A stretch of DNA of 64,000 nucleotides from a virus (Duplodnaviria; Heunggongvirae; Uroviricota; Caudoviricetes). Below the pieces are notes generated by a model. It was not told the origin of the DNA. It searched no databases and saw only the letters and a list, made by a program, of their open reading frames with translations. This document shows, piece after piece, positions 20,027 to 29,904 of the stretch (positions are counted from its first letter, which is position 1; the number at the start of each line of letters is the position of its first letter). The DNA lies in the IMG/VR virus record IMGVR_UViG_3300012165_000089, one strand, 5' to 3'. A program made the translations under genes and the position numbers.

Positions 20027-20030
20027 GAGT

Positions 20031-20237
20031 ATGAAGGGATTAGGAATAACCAGTTTGCAAATTGTAACGCCATCACAAAAATGCATATTCAAATGTCCTT
20101 ACTGCATTGCTAATGGACATGAACATAAAAACAGCTTTGTTAATTTGTATAAAGAGGATTTTGAGGTGTGGAAACTTCGATTAGCAAAGTTTCTTTCAGA
20201 ACATCTGGAAATAGTAACTTATGAGTATAAGATTTGA
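20031..20237 (+). pseudogene. Truncated radical-SAM enzyme N-terminus (68-aa remnant)
   Basis: LQIVTPSQKCIFKCPYCIANGHEH carries the CxxxCxxC radical-SAM cluster motif. The ORF stops after 68 aa and no in-frame or frameshifted continuation is visible downstream. RBS gggagataag. Confidence 0.4.
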
Positions 20238-20388
20238 TGAAAAATGTATGAACGCAGAGGGTAGGTATTTGGTGTTTAGGGAAGATGGAAATCTGTATGA
20301 AAACTGGGATTCAACAGTGCCATTGTAACAAACTCAAAATAAATAAGATACCAGTCACAAAAGTTCTGGTTATCATCCTTTTAGTAAA

Positions 20389-20418
20389 GGACGTCATAGT
20401 AATGGCGTCTTTTTTTTC
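20389..20418 (+). terminator. Rho-independent terminator
   Basis: ggacgtcatagtaatggcgtc hairpin followed by a T9 run. Confidence 0.6.
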
Positions 20419-20683
20419 GTGGCTTTACTATTAAATTTGACTATTCCGTATAAAACAGAGTATAATGCTATTAATAAGGATTCGTCACCATAATTATATC
20501 AACATCATACAGATATTTGAGTTTACTTAAATATTTGCAGGATTTGATATAGATTGGGACGAAATGTCCCTGCAACCTTAACCACAGGGGCAGCTGACAT
20601 GCTTCCTCTGTTGATATAGATAGAATAAGGAGGAGGAAGCGGAATGCCTTTATTTCTACGTCAATGCGAGAGGAGGAAATGTA

Positions 20684-20848
20684 ATGGATAAAAAAGAGAA
20701 AATGAGAGGATTGGATATTGATTCACTCAAAGATCGTATGGCCGGAACAATTTCAACAGAAGAAGCGTTAAAAGACATCGTTCCATTCCAATACAGCAAA
20801 GATGTATTAGAAGGTAAGCAGAAAGTGATTTTTTCCGCAATGAAGTAA
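20684..20848 (+). CDS. Small 54-aa protein, putative antitoxin of a type II TA pair
   Basis: RBS gagaggagga. Its stop overlaps the next start (TAATG). Preceded by a 15-codon uORF and hairpins at 20560-20600. Confidence 0.35.
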   Translation: MDKKEKMRGLDIDSLKDRMAGTISTEEALKDIVPFQYSKDVLEGKQKVIFSAMK

Positions 20849-21252
20849 TGTGTAATATCGGAGACATCATATTGATTGATGAATACAATCATGGTTCACT
20901 ACGCCTAAGGCATCATTCATTTGTTGTAATGCAGGATGAGGCAGGAGAAATCCGGGGATACCCATATGATATAATTTGCAATGTTTTATCCTCTTTCAGA
21001 GATGATAATCAAAAGCATCGCAAATTAGCTTTTCCAGGAAATTTTCCAATCGTCAATGACGACACTCATACAACCCCTGATAATGGGAAAGATGGCTATC
21101 TAAAAACAGATCAACTATATTATTTTAAGAAAGATAAAATTTCTTATCAAATAATTGGTTATATGAAGCCGGATATTTTCCAACTGGTTTTGGAGTTTGT
21201 GAGTGCAGGCGAGTTTAAAATCCGGGCGATTACTGACAACCTAATCGAATAA
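20848..21252 (+). CDS. MazF/PemK-like endoribonuclease toxin candidate
   Basis: N-terminus NIGDIILIDEYNHGSLRLRHHSFVVMQDE aligns with the MazF/EndoA pattern RGDVYFADL...G.RPVLVIQND. Translationally coupled to the upstream small ORF. Confidence 0.4.
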   Translation: MCNIGDIILIDEYNHGSLRLRHHSFVVMQDEAGEIRGYPYDIICNVLSSFRDDNQKHRKLAFPGNFPIVNDDTHTTPDNGKDGYLKTDQLYYFKKDKISYQIIGYMKPDIFQLVLEFVSAGEFKIRAITDNLIE

Positions 21253-21365
21253 TTTGCAAATAATTTGAGAGAGAAGCTTTCCATTATAGGGAGGCTTCTT
21301 TTTTGTTTTGTCAAAAATTCCATAAAAAATCAAATTCGTAATTTCTAACAAAATAAGATTCAAAA

Positions 21366-21377
21366 TCAATATCCGCA
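21366..21377 (+). promoter_or_regulatory. TCAATATCCGCA motif copy (DnaA-box-like), 74 nt upstream of the LCP start
   Basis: Exact 12-mer. It is identical at 31397-31408 and 54196-54207. Close variants: 31801-31812, 18994-19003, 38191-38200, 26610-26618 (reverse), 38161-38169 (reverse), 38127-38134 (reverse), 5689-5697, 38247-38255. Confidence 0.5.
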
Positions 21378-21450
21378 AGGTCTTAAAGAATGACAGTTCT
21401 CTTGTACGTATCTACAATAAAAGAATGTGAAGAAAGAGGAGGAAGATAAT

Positions 21451-22761
21451 ATGAAGCAAACAAAACGATTTATTCTGAGTGGGTTATTAATTACAGCTTG
21501 TGTAATAACAGCTTGCACCGCATACGGGGTACACCAGATAAAAAATACAGTAAAAACTACGGTAAATATGATGCAACCAATTGATAAAGAAGTGATTAAA
21601 GCAATGACAAACGAAAATCTGACAGAAGAAACAGTTATCATGCTACGTGATAATTGGATGATTGCTGCTTTTGGATTAGATTCCAGGGAAGATAATGGTC
21701 TGAAAGGTGCGAACTCAGACGTTATTATGCTTATTAATCTAAATGGAAAAACTGGTGAAATAAAACTGGTCAGCATATATCGTGATACCTGTTTAAAGAC
21801 TGGAAAAACTTTGTATCGAAAAGCAAATTCAGCTTATGCAGCTGGCGGACCCAAACAGGCAGTAGCAATGTTAAATGAAAATCTAGATATCAAAATCGAC
21901 GATTACATCGCAATAAATTGGAAAGCAGTGGCGAATGCCATCAATATTTTAGGTGGCGTAGACCTGGATGTTTCTGACGCTGAATTCCGCTATATCAATG
22001 GATTTATCACAGAAACCGTAGATTCCACCGGTATTCCATCTACACACCTAAAGCAGGCAGGTACGAATCATTTAGATGGTGTACAGGCTGTGGCATACTG
22101 CCGGTTACGGTTGATGGATAATGATTTTAAGCGCACAGAACGTCAGCGAAAAGTACTGGAATTACTTCTGGAAAAAGCTGCCCATGCAGACTGGGCCACA
22201 TTAAATCAACTTATAGTTACAATATTACCAGAAACAGCATCATCTGTTGATATAGAGGCTTTATATGCAGTAGCTAAAAATATAGTACATTTAAAGAAAC
22301 CAGAAACTATGGGATTCCCAGCTGAAAATTTCTGTAAAACAATTGATGGAACATCCTATGTGGTACCAGATGATTTAACGAAAAATGTCAGTGATTTACA
22401 CAATTTTCTATACGGAACTGAAGATTACAAACCCTCTCAAGCAGTTTATGTTATTTCACAGAAAATCAGAGATAAAAGTATAACCAGTAAAGAAAGTAAA
22501 GATATATCTTTAGATTTGCCGGCGGTAGAGGAATCGAAAGCAATAGAAGAACTCACAAGTGTAACAATAGAATCACCGGAAACGAGTTTGACTGTAGAAT
22601 CGGAAGCGCAGTTAGAAACAGAGGATGTGATATCATTCGAAAATGCAGATTTAGATGAATGTAATTTTTTTATGGCAGAGGTATTCATACAGAGTGAAGA
22701 TGTTATGGCTGAGACAGAAAAAGCAATGGAAATTGGTTCAGGCATTATGGCGCAGGAATAA
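21451..22761 (+). CDS. LytR-CpsA-Psr (LCP) family cell-envelope phosphotransferase
   Basis: TM anchor. ANSDVIMLINLNGKTGEIKLVSIYRDT...KANSAYAAGGP...INILGGVDLDV...LDGVQAVAYCRLR...RTERQRKVL matches the LCP domain. RBS agaggagg. Confidence 0.7.
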   Translation: MKQTKRFILSGLLITACVITACTAYGVHQIKNTVKTTVNMMQPIDKEVIKAMTNENLTEETVIMLRDNWMIAAFGLDSREDNGLKGANSDVIMLINLNGKTGEIKLVSIYRDTCLKTGKTLYRKANSAYAAGGPKQAVAMLNENLDIKIDDYIAINWKAVANAINILGGVDLDVSDAEFRYINGFITETVDSTGIPSTHLKQAGTNHLDGVQAVAYCRLRLMDNDFKRTERQRKVLELLLEKAAHADWATLNQLIVTILPETASSVDIEALYAVAKNIVHLKKPETMGFPAENFCKTIDGTSYVVPDDLTKNVSDLHNFLYGTEDYKPSQAVYVISQKIRDKSITSKESKDISLDLPAVEESKAIEELTSVTIESPETSLTVESEAQLETEDVISFENADLDECNFFMAEVFIQSEDVMAETEKAMEIGSGIMAQE

Positions 22762-23371
22762 CTAATCGTTCTTGGTATTAACTCAGTCGAACCAACGGCT
22801 GGCTGCCGTCAGGAAAGAAAGGGAGCGCAGGTAGATGCCTCGCCGAGGCGAACGATTGACAAAGAAGAAGCTTGGCACGAATGAAGCGCAAGAATGAAGT
22901 ATAACCGCCAATTTATTAATAGTTCTTTTTTATAACTAACGATGGTGATACCAAATCATAATTTATACGAAAACTATAGAAATTGAGGAAAAGTAGGGAG
23001 AAAAGTAATATGGATAAAATAATAAAAAAATAATATAACCTGAAATGAAAAGGAAGTCGGAACTATCCGAATAAAAGTTGGAACAGTTCCTTTCAGAAAA
23101 TGAATGATGCGATATATACGGTTTATACAGGAAATAATGTGGGGCTAACATCCAAAGTGATCAGTTTCTATTTCAAGGATGGTGCCACAATAGCCGATGC
23201 AGTTATGTGATTGACAGCGGAATGTATTTCGCAACAAAAAGAACTGACACAGGATGTTGAAGCGGAATTACTCCCATACGTCCTGCATGAAATGAAGAAC
23301 ATGGGATTTGAATTTATTGAAAACAATGAATTTTGGAGGTTGTAAGATTGGCAAGAGGAAGGTGAAAACAT

Positions 23372-23662
23372 ATGAAAAAAATCAGTAAGAAATCTATAGT
23401 CAAAGTCATTAGAAAGGAATACAAAGAAGCAAGGGTATTCTGCCGGAATGGTTATAACAGGTATTATTTAATGATGATTGATATTGACGATGGAGCTATA
23501 TGGTCGGATGTATTCTTGGACGAGAATAATTGGAAAGTGTATCATTCTGAATCCATCTGCCAATTAGAAAACACTCCCGGGTATGTACATGAAACCGAAA
23601 ATGGATATGTGGACGATGCCGTACGTCTGCTACGCAAAGCAGGATGGATGATTACAGATTGA
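23372..23662 (+). CDS. Hypothetical protein
   Basis: ORF with RBS ggaaggtgaaaa. Its end overlaps the recombinase gene region. Confidence 0.45.
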   Translation: MKKISKKSIVKVIRKEYKEARVFCRNGYNRYYLMMIDIDDGAIWSDVFLDENNWKVYHSESICQLENTPGYVHETENGYVDDAVRLLRKAGWMITD

Positions 23663-23679
23663 TGACTGGAGGATATAAG

Positions 23680-24510
23680 ATGCGTGTTGCTATATACATC
23701 AGGGTCAGCACACTTGATCAGGCCAGGGAGGGATACTCCCTTGATGTTCAGGAAAAGACCCTTCGGAAATGGTGTGCTGACCGTAAACATATAGTAAATG
23801 ATTTGTATTCGGATAAGGGAATTAGTGGTAAGGATATGGACCACCGACCAGATATGATGCGGCTTATGAAAGATGCGCAGGATAATAAATTTGATATGGT
23901 TATCTTTTGGGCGCTAAGTCGTTTTACCCGTAGCGTGTCAGACCTTTACACCACAATGGAAAAGTTTCAGAAGTGGAATATATCTATGGTCTCTTTTACA
24001 GAGTCATTTGACACATCCACTCCCATGGGTCGAGCCATGATTGGTATTGTGGGAATATTTGCGCAGTTAGAGCGAGAATTGACCGGAGAGCGTGTAAGAG
24101 CTGCCATGTTGGAAAGGGCAGAGCAAGGAAAACGGACATGTTCGGAAATCCTTGGATATGACATGAGTGGGAAGGATTCTTTTACCATCAATCCCCAAGA
24201 AGCTGAATATGTAAGGTTTTGCTTTGAAAAATATATTATTCATAAAAATCTTTCCGAAGTGGCTCAATTATGCCGAGCACAGGGATATAAGGGAAAACGT
24301 GGAAAGCTGCCGACTGCTTATACCGTAGAGGTTATCCTTACCAGACCGCAGTATTGTGGGTATAACCCTTATTGCGGCAAGGTCTATAAGGGCAATTACG
24401 AACCAATTATAAGCATCGCTACGTACAATAAGGTACAATCACTACTCAAAAGGCAGGGTAAAATAATCGGTCGTAGTCGTATCAATAATCTATTCCAAGT
24501 GAAGCAGTAA
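23680..24510 (+). CDS. Serine recombinase (resolvase catalytic domain plus recombinase domain), short at 277 aa
   Basis: MRVAIYIRVSTLDQ with the catalytic Ser. GYSLDVQ, FDMVIFWALSRFTRS, ELTGERVRAAM and recombinase-domain-like PQYCGYNPYCGKVYKGNYEPII. It lacks the zinc-ribbon and coiled-coil tail of large serine recombinases. RBS ggagga. Confidence 0.65.
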   Translation: MRVAIYIRVSTLDQAREGYSLDVQEKTLRKWCADRKHIVNDLYSDKGISGKDMDHRPDMMRLMKDAQDNKFDMVIFWALSRFTRSVSDLYTTMEKFQKWNISMVSFTESFDTSTPMGRAMIGIVGIFAQLERELTGERVRAAMLERAEQGKRTCSEILGYDMSGKDSFTINPQEAEYVRFCFEKYIIHKNLSEVAQLCRAQGYKGKRGKLPTAYTVEVILTRPQYCGYNPYCGKVYKGNYEPIISIATYNKVQSLLKRQGKIIGRSRINNLFQVKQ

Positions 24511-24953
24511 TATTGAAAATTTGCGTACCTGCTGCAAACTTGACATGTTATTGGACGAGACAGCGGACAGTGTTAGCGAAACAAAAAAGGGAAATGCCGT
24601 TTTGTATGATGATGAACTGTAGCAAAGCTAATTGATTTTTAAGCTAAATGAAGATAGAAATAGAAATTGATAATGAATATATTTCGGAGTTGGTGACAGT
24701 CACAGGAAATAGCAAAACGCATTGTGGCGGACCATGGATATGAAAGCAGGGAATCCCAAATTGGAATAAAAGATGGGGTTGATAAAGCAATTAAGCAATA
24801 TATCTACTCAAAAAAAAGATGGAGTTATAGACAGAGTAGTTGAAAGAGCATCAGTAAAAATCGCAAGAAAAGGATTGCCGAAATTTTTAGAAAAGATGGG
24901 GAAACAGTTAAAATTAATTTTTACCAGCTGCGGCTGGGAGAAAGGAATAATGG

Positions 24954-26507
24954 ATGTTTTTTGGTAAGCAGTTTTATCCTACGCCAATAGAACTGGCGAA
25001 CAAAGCTTTGCAAAGGGTTGATTTTGAGCGTGTAAAATTTATCCTTGAGCCATCGGCGGGGAGGGGAGATTTTATTACTGCATTAAAACCGCTCATGCAC
25101 AATAAAACGGCGCAAGTGAACTGCATAGAAATTGACAGTGACTTGAGGGCTGTATTGAGGAATAGAGGATTTATAGTTGTTGGGAATGATTTTATGCAGT
25201 TCAAAACGTGGCAAAAATATGATTTATGCGTAATGAATCCTCCGTTTAATGATGGGGATGTACATTTACTGAAAGCGATGGACGTCATGAAGTCAGGCGG
25301 CCAAATTGTTTGCATTCTCAACGCCGAAACAATTAAGAATCCGTATACAAACACAAGGATGGACTTGCTTAATAGGCTAGATGAATATGGAGCAGAAATA
25401 GAATACATAGAAAAGGCTTTTGCTGGTGCGGAAAGAAAAACGGATGTCGAAATAGCACTAGTGTATATTGATATTCCCGATATTGCCAAGAAGGACATTA
25501 CGTCAAGACTTAGGGAAGCAACTGACACGGATTATGAAAGTGATACAGAATGCTCGGAATTAGCAGCGAATGACGTGATACGGGTGCTTGTAAAGCAATT
25601 TGAAATGTCTTGTGAAGCTGGTGTTCAGATATTTGAAAAAGCGAATACACTGCGCAAATACATCCCAGACGTAAGCAATGGCCTAATATCTGTTAATGCG
25701 ATATCCTCAGAAGAATTGGAGATATCAGAAACAAATAAATACATTCGCCAGCTAAGATATGAATTTTGGAAAAGATTGTTCCGTTCAGATCAAATGTCAG
25801 TATTGATGACAAACGAAATAAGGGATGTATATACGAGTCAGTTAAACAAGATGAGAGATTATGATTTTAACCTGGTTAACATTAAACAGATGCAGCTTGA
25901 ATTATCAAAAAGCCTTGTCTCTAACACAGAGAAAGCAATTATTGATATGTTTGACAAGTTGACATACCAAGGTAGTATGGATAACTCAAAGAATATCCAC
26001 TATTACAACGGCTGGAAAACGAACAAAGCTTTTATAATTAACAAGAGAGTGATTGTTCCTATGTGGGGACTGTATGATGGTCGATGGGGCGGCAGCTGGA
26101 GTTTTTGGAAGGCCAGCGACTTTTTGGTGGAGTTGGAAAAAGTGTTGAATTACCTTGATGGCGGATTGACCGGGGGCAAAGATGCAAGAGCCGCTATTAA
26201 CGACATCAAGCAAAGAAGTTATTGTGGTGAGTTCGTAAAGTTTAAATACTTTTTGGTGTCGTTTAAGAAAAAGGGAACCATGCATATTCAGTTTGATAAT
26301 TTTGAATTGCTAAAGAAGTTTAATATATTTGGCAGTCAGAAAAAGGGGTGGTTGCCGCCGTCTTACGGCAAAAAGAAATACACAGAAATGACAGATGAAG
26401 AAAAGGCAGTAGTCAAGTCCTTTGAGGGTGAGCGAGAATATGGAAAAACAATGTCCGCATCATCATATTACTTGGGCAATATTAATCTTAAAATGCTGTG
26501 CGGTTAA
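24954..26507 (+). CDS. N6-adenine DNA methyltransferase, gamma-class (Eco57I/TaqI-like)
   Basis: FYPTPIELANKAL...ILEPSAGRGDF (motif I, AdoMet binding) and VMNPPFNDG (motif IV). No recognisable restriction endonuclease is adjacent. Confidence 0.65.
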   Translation: MFFGKQFYPTPIELANKALQRVDFERVKFILEPSAGRGDFITALKPLMHNKTAQVNCIEIDSDLRAVLRNRGFIVVGNDFMQFKTWQKYDLCVMNPPFNDGDVHLLKAMDVMKSGGQIVCILNAETIKNPYTNTRMDLLNRLDEYGAEIEYIEKAFAGAERKTDVEIALVYIDIPDIAKKDITSRLREATDTDYESDTECSELAANDVIRVLVKQFEMSCEAGVQIFEKANTLRKYIPDVSNGLISVNAISSEELEISETNKYIRQLRYEFWKRLFRSDQMSVLMTNEIRDVYTSQLNKMRDYDFNLVNIKQMQLELSKSLVSNTEKAIIDMFDKLTYQGSMDNSKNIHYYNGWKTNKAFIINKRVIVPMWGLYDGRWGGSWSFWKASDFLVELEKVLNYLDGGLTGGKDARAAINDIKQRSYCGEFVKFKYFLVSFKKKGTMHIQFDNFELLKKFNIFGSQKKGWLPPSYGKKKYTEMTDEEKAVVKSFEGEREYGKTMSASSYYLGNINLKMLCG

Positions 26508-26560
26508 ATTAACTATGTGCGAATAATTGATAAATCCATTGCTATTTTTCACCCTAAAAA

Positions 26561-26595
26561 GAAACTCAGCTCAAATGCACTGAGTTTCTTTTTTA
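26561..26595 (+). terminator. Rho-independent terminator after the methyltransferase
   Basis: gaaactcagctcaaatgcactgagtttc hairpin followed by a T6 run. Confidence 0.65.
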
Positions 26596-26779
26596 TTTAA
26601 ACAATAGATTGCGGATATATAATTATCAGCTTTCATTATTATGCCATTGACAGAACCACTAAAATAGTTTTCATCATTTCAAATGAATAAGAATACCTTT
26701 AGGTTTCCAGAAAAAGCAGAAACAAATAAAGGTATGAATTCTAACCATAATTAAAGAAACTAAAAAGGAGTGAATATTT

Positions 26780-27127
26780 ATGTTTATTCAAACAAAGCAG
26801 GGTACTGATTTGATTAATTTAGAAAAAGCCATAAAAATTAGTGTGAAAAATAAAACAGAGGAAATGAAATCCTTGCATCCGGTATTGCGGGGTGAAATTT
26901 ACGCAATTCAGGTAGTTATGGAAAAAGCCGATGATAAAGATCCCATTGTTCTTGCTTACTATGATAATAAAGAAGAGGCTATCGAAATTGTGTGTAAAAT
27001 CTGTGCTGCATTAGGCGATCACGCTACCGTTTGCACATTATATGCTCCGGATGATGACAACTCAGGTAAAGCGGAACCTGAACGTGATATTGAATCTGAG
27101 CCGGACTTGGATAAAGAGGGATGGTAA
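26780..27127 (+). CDS. Hypothetical 115-aa protein with an acidic C-terminal tail; first gene of a coupled four-gene operon
   Basis: RBS aaaaaggag. C-terminus DDDNSGKAEPERDIESEPDLDKEGW. Its stop overlaps the next start. Confidence 0.5.
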   Translation: MFIQTKQGTDLINLEKAIKISVKNKTEEMKSLHPVLRGEIYAIQVVMEKADDKDPIVLAYYDNKEEAIEIVCKICAALGDHATVCTLYAPDDDNSGKAEPERDIESEPDLDKEGW

Positions 27128-28863
27128 GTTATATGACGTTGAAAGAGTATTATAAAAGTTTACGAAATTTCATGCAAGAGCAAGATTTATCAGAAGATAT
27201 AACTATTCGGCAGAAAAAAAAAGAATGTCGCGAAATACCAAACGAATTAATTCCTGTAATTGCATTTTCTTTAGCATCAAAAAAATGCATTCACAATCGA
27301 ATCGATCAGTTGTACAGGGAACGAAAAAAGGAAATCGAAAGAGAATTTGAATCAGATGATTTCCAGTATATTGATGTCCCGGAACTGGAAATGTCACTTT
27401 CATCAAAATCGAGACTTTATTATAAAGAACTGATATTGCTTTGCCTGATAGCCCGAAAATGGCTTACTCCAGAAATAATCAAGTTAATTAAAAGAGCATA
27501 TCCCGAAACTTGGGTAGAAGAACGCGATCAGGAATTGTTATGGTTACGACTTTTAGTCGGTGGTTATGATATTCGAAATGCCGGAATTACGTATATTACC
27601 TTTTACTTAACCGGAATAACGTTGACCCAACCGAGCATTTTGTCTGCCCAAGAGGGATATAAGCGATTTTTAGCCATCAGTTCCATAAGTATGCCGCTTC
27701 CATTTTGGCATAGCGTAGATCCGGCGATAGTAAAAAAGCATGAAACGGGTATTATAGTTCGCAGCATCATAGACGAACGTTATCAGCCACAAGAATGTAT
27801 CGTATATGAAAACGCAAGTGATTTCTTGGAAAGGTTATTAGACGAATCGGAACAGATGGCAAAACCAAATTACGTTCTTTGCACAGAACGGCCAAGTATC
27901 AATGATTTTATAAATGATCAAAAAACAATTTCTCAAAAAACAAAAGCTGATATTAAAAAAATCGCAAGACTTCCATCCGTGAAAAAAAGTATTACGTATA
28001 CCAGAAATGAACATTCGATTGTACTTGATTTTTTGCATCGCTTTTTATCAAACTTATTCATAAGTCGGGAAGAAATATTTGATGTAGAAATTCCGGATGT
28101 AGTTATAGACTGGATTACGCAAGCTTATAACGGTTTCGACTCTGTGGAATGGGTTGATAATACACCAGATGAATATATCGCTCTTGGCGGCGTATTGTAT
28201 GCTCTGGTAAATCGAATTTATAACACAGAACGCTCTGTTGAAATATTAACCGAAGCATTTTACGAACAGGATCCTGTTCCTAAAAAAATTGACACTAAAT
28301 CAGAAATGGATAGAAAGATTGAGGAACTAAAACAAGAATTAGCTGAGGTAAAGGCAAAAAATAAGGAACTTAGTCAAAAAATCAATGACGAAAAAACAGA
28401 CTACGAAAAAATACTCAACAAAAAAGAAAAGGAAAATACAAGACTAAGAGAAGATTATAAAGAAATTGAAGAGAAATTCAATCAGCTTTTATCTATGCAA
28501 GAAACCTTAATTCGGCCAGAAGAGCGGCGGGTGGATTTGGAAGTAATGAAAACAGAAATCAGAAAGCATAATTTGATCTTTGTTGGTGGTCATCAAACGT
28601 GGCAAAATGCAATGAAAGCAGAATTTCCAAATTATCACTTCATTGAATACGCATCTTATAACACAATAGTTGCGAGAAACTTCAAGAATATCGAATATAT
28701 CGTTTATAACGTTAAGTGGAACGAACACAGCATGTTTTATAAATGCCAGAAACTGAAATCGAACGACAGCCGATTCATATTCATTGATACAACAAATGTG
28801 GAGCGAACGATTCAAAGAATATACGAAATGATTCAAAGGAAAGGGGTCAAGGATGCTGTTTAA
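27121..28863 (+). CDS. Hypothetical 580-aa protein with a central coiled coil and a C-terminal alpha/beta module
   Basis: Overlaps the upstream gene by 7 nt (alternative start 27133). Coiled segment KIEELKQELAEVKAKNKELSQKINDEKTDYEKILNKKEKENTRLREDYKEIEEKF. C-terminus HNLIFVGGHQTWQN...FIFIDTTNVERTIQRI, which may resemble DUF2325-type domains (uncertain). Confidence 0.5.
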   Translation: MVSYMTLKEYYKSLRNFMQEQDLSEDITIRQKKKECREIPNELIPVIAFSLASKKCIHNRIDQLYRERKKEIEREFESDDFQYIDVPELEMSLSSKSRLYYKELILLCLIARKWLTPEIIKLIKRAYPETWVEERDQELLWLRLLVGGYDIRNAGITYITFYLTGITLTQPSILSAQEGYKRFLAISSISMPLPFWHSVDPAIVKKHETGIIVRSIIDERYQPQECIVYENASDFLERLLDESEQMAKPNYVLCTERPSINDFINDQKTISQKTKADIKKIARLPSVKKSITYTRNEHSIVLDFLHRFLSNLFISREEIFDVEIPDVVIDWITQAYNGFDSVEWVDNTPDEYIALGGVLYALVNRIYNTERSVEILTEAFYEQDPVPKKIDTKSEMDRKIEELKQELAEVKAKNKELSQKINDEKTDYEKILNKKEKENTRLREDYKEIEEKFNQLLSMQETLIRPEERRVDLEVMKTEIRKHNLIFVGGHQTWQNAMKAEFPNYHFIEYASYNTIVARNFKNIEYIVYNVKWNEHSMFYKCQKLKSNDSRFIFIDTTNVERTIQRIYEMIQRKGVKDAV

Positions 28864-29902
28864 TAATGCACAATCAAAAATAAATGTTCGAGCTTCCTAC
28901 AATGACATTGAGCTAATCGACTATATTGGGTATCCAGTGAAAACGCAAAGAGAAATTTTATACGCACTTGAAAAGGGATGTACAAAAGAACAAGTTGACC
29001 ATGTTTTAAGAGCGTATTCTGTTTCATCATTTTCAACTGCAATTGAAAAAGTAATAGGGATCCCGGATGTTGAATCTTATACCAAAATATTAGAGCAAGG
29101 ATTAAATTCGGTTCCATTGCCAGATTTAAGAGATACTATGAAAGAATGGGAGCTATTATTGCCACTTAATACGGGCGGACATTCCTGGAATTCATCTCAA
29201 AAAGGTTTGACGATTGAGAATATAAAACGAAATATTGAAGAAACAGACGTTACAATTTCGGATACGTTCGTATTCCTTACTGCCTTGGATCATTTTATTA
29301 AAGCAAACGGAGAAACGAATATTTTATCCAGCGTCTGCAATATTTGGGAGAAAGTTAGCGGAGAGGTTATTGAGTATGACTCTATCAATGAAGTATTTAC
29401 ATTTGAAAAAGCGGAGGTCATAGCGCAATATTTTGCAATCTGCGGAAAGAATCCAAAGGATAGCATTCGACTGTGTGGTATTGCTATGAAAGAATTTAGC
29501 TTTTCGACGCGTCAAACATATCATTTAATGCTTGAAACTGCAACTTTAATTGTTGCAATACAAAGCGGCATCTTGGCTGGATATAATTTCTTTTCTACTC
29601 ACAAGTTATCTACTCGTTATGAAATATGTGAAGTTGGTATATGGAATAAAAAAATTTCCGCAACACCAATTGCTGATCAGTTATTGATCACAGCACAAAT
29701 TTTAGATATGGCCAAAAGAGGAAAAGAATGCTGGATGCAGCAGCTATTAAAAAACAACCCTAGTCGCTCGCTATTATTAATAAAGCAAATATTCTCTGAG
29801 GCCGTTCTTCATGTGAACGGGTTAAATGATTTATTGCAGATTCCATACTCAGTCAAGCAATACATAAAGGAGATTTCATTTTTTATAAGGAAGGAGAAAT
29901 AA
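28853..29902 (+). CDS. Hypothetical 349-aa protein
   Basis: Start overlaps the previous stop (ATGCTGTTTAA). No recognised motifs. Confidence 0.5.
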   Translation: MLFNNAQSKINVRASYNDIELIDYIGYPVKTQREILYALEKGCTKEQVDHVLRAYSVSSFSTAIEKVIGIPDVESYTKILEQGLNSVPLPDLRDTMKEWELLLPLNTGGHSWNSSQKGLTIENIKRNIEETDVTISDTFVFLTALDHFIKANGETNILSSVCNIWEKVSGEVIEYDSINEVFTFEKAEVIAQYFAICGKNPKDSIRLCGIAMKEFSFSTRQTYHLMLETATLIVAIQSGILAGYNFFSTHKLSTRYEICEVGIWNKKISATPIADQLLITAQILDMAKRGKECWMQQLLKNNPSRSLLLIKQIFSEAVLHVNGLNDLLQIPYSVKQYIKEISFFIRKEK

Positions 29903-29904
29903 CA

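Noticed and set aside
23680-24510. Calling the serine recombinase a large serine integrase (TnpX/TndX-like)
   Set aside because: At 277 aa it lacks the zinc-ribbon and coiled-coil C-terminal half. The downstream 260 bp in all frames does not continue the protein.
24773-24967. 64-aa ORF just upstream of, and overlapping, the methyltransferase start
   Set aside because: It is possible, but it lacks a convincing RBS and a recognisable motif, and it overlaps the better-supported methyltransferase start. It is left uncalled.
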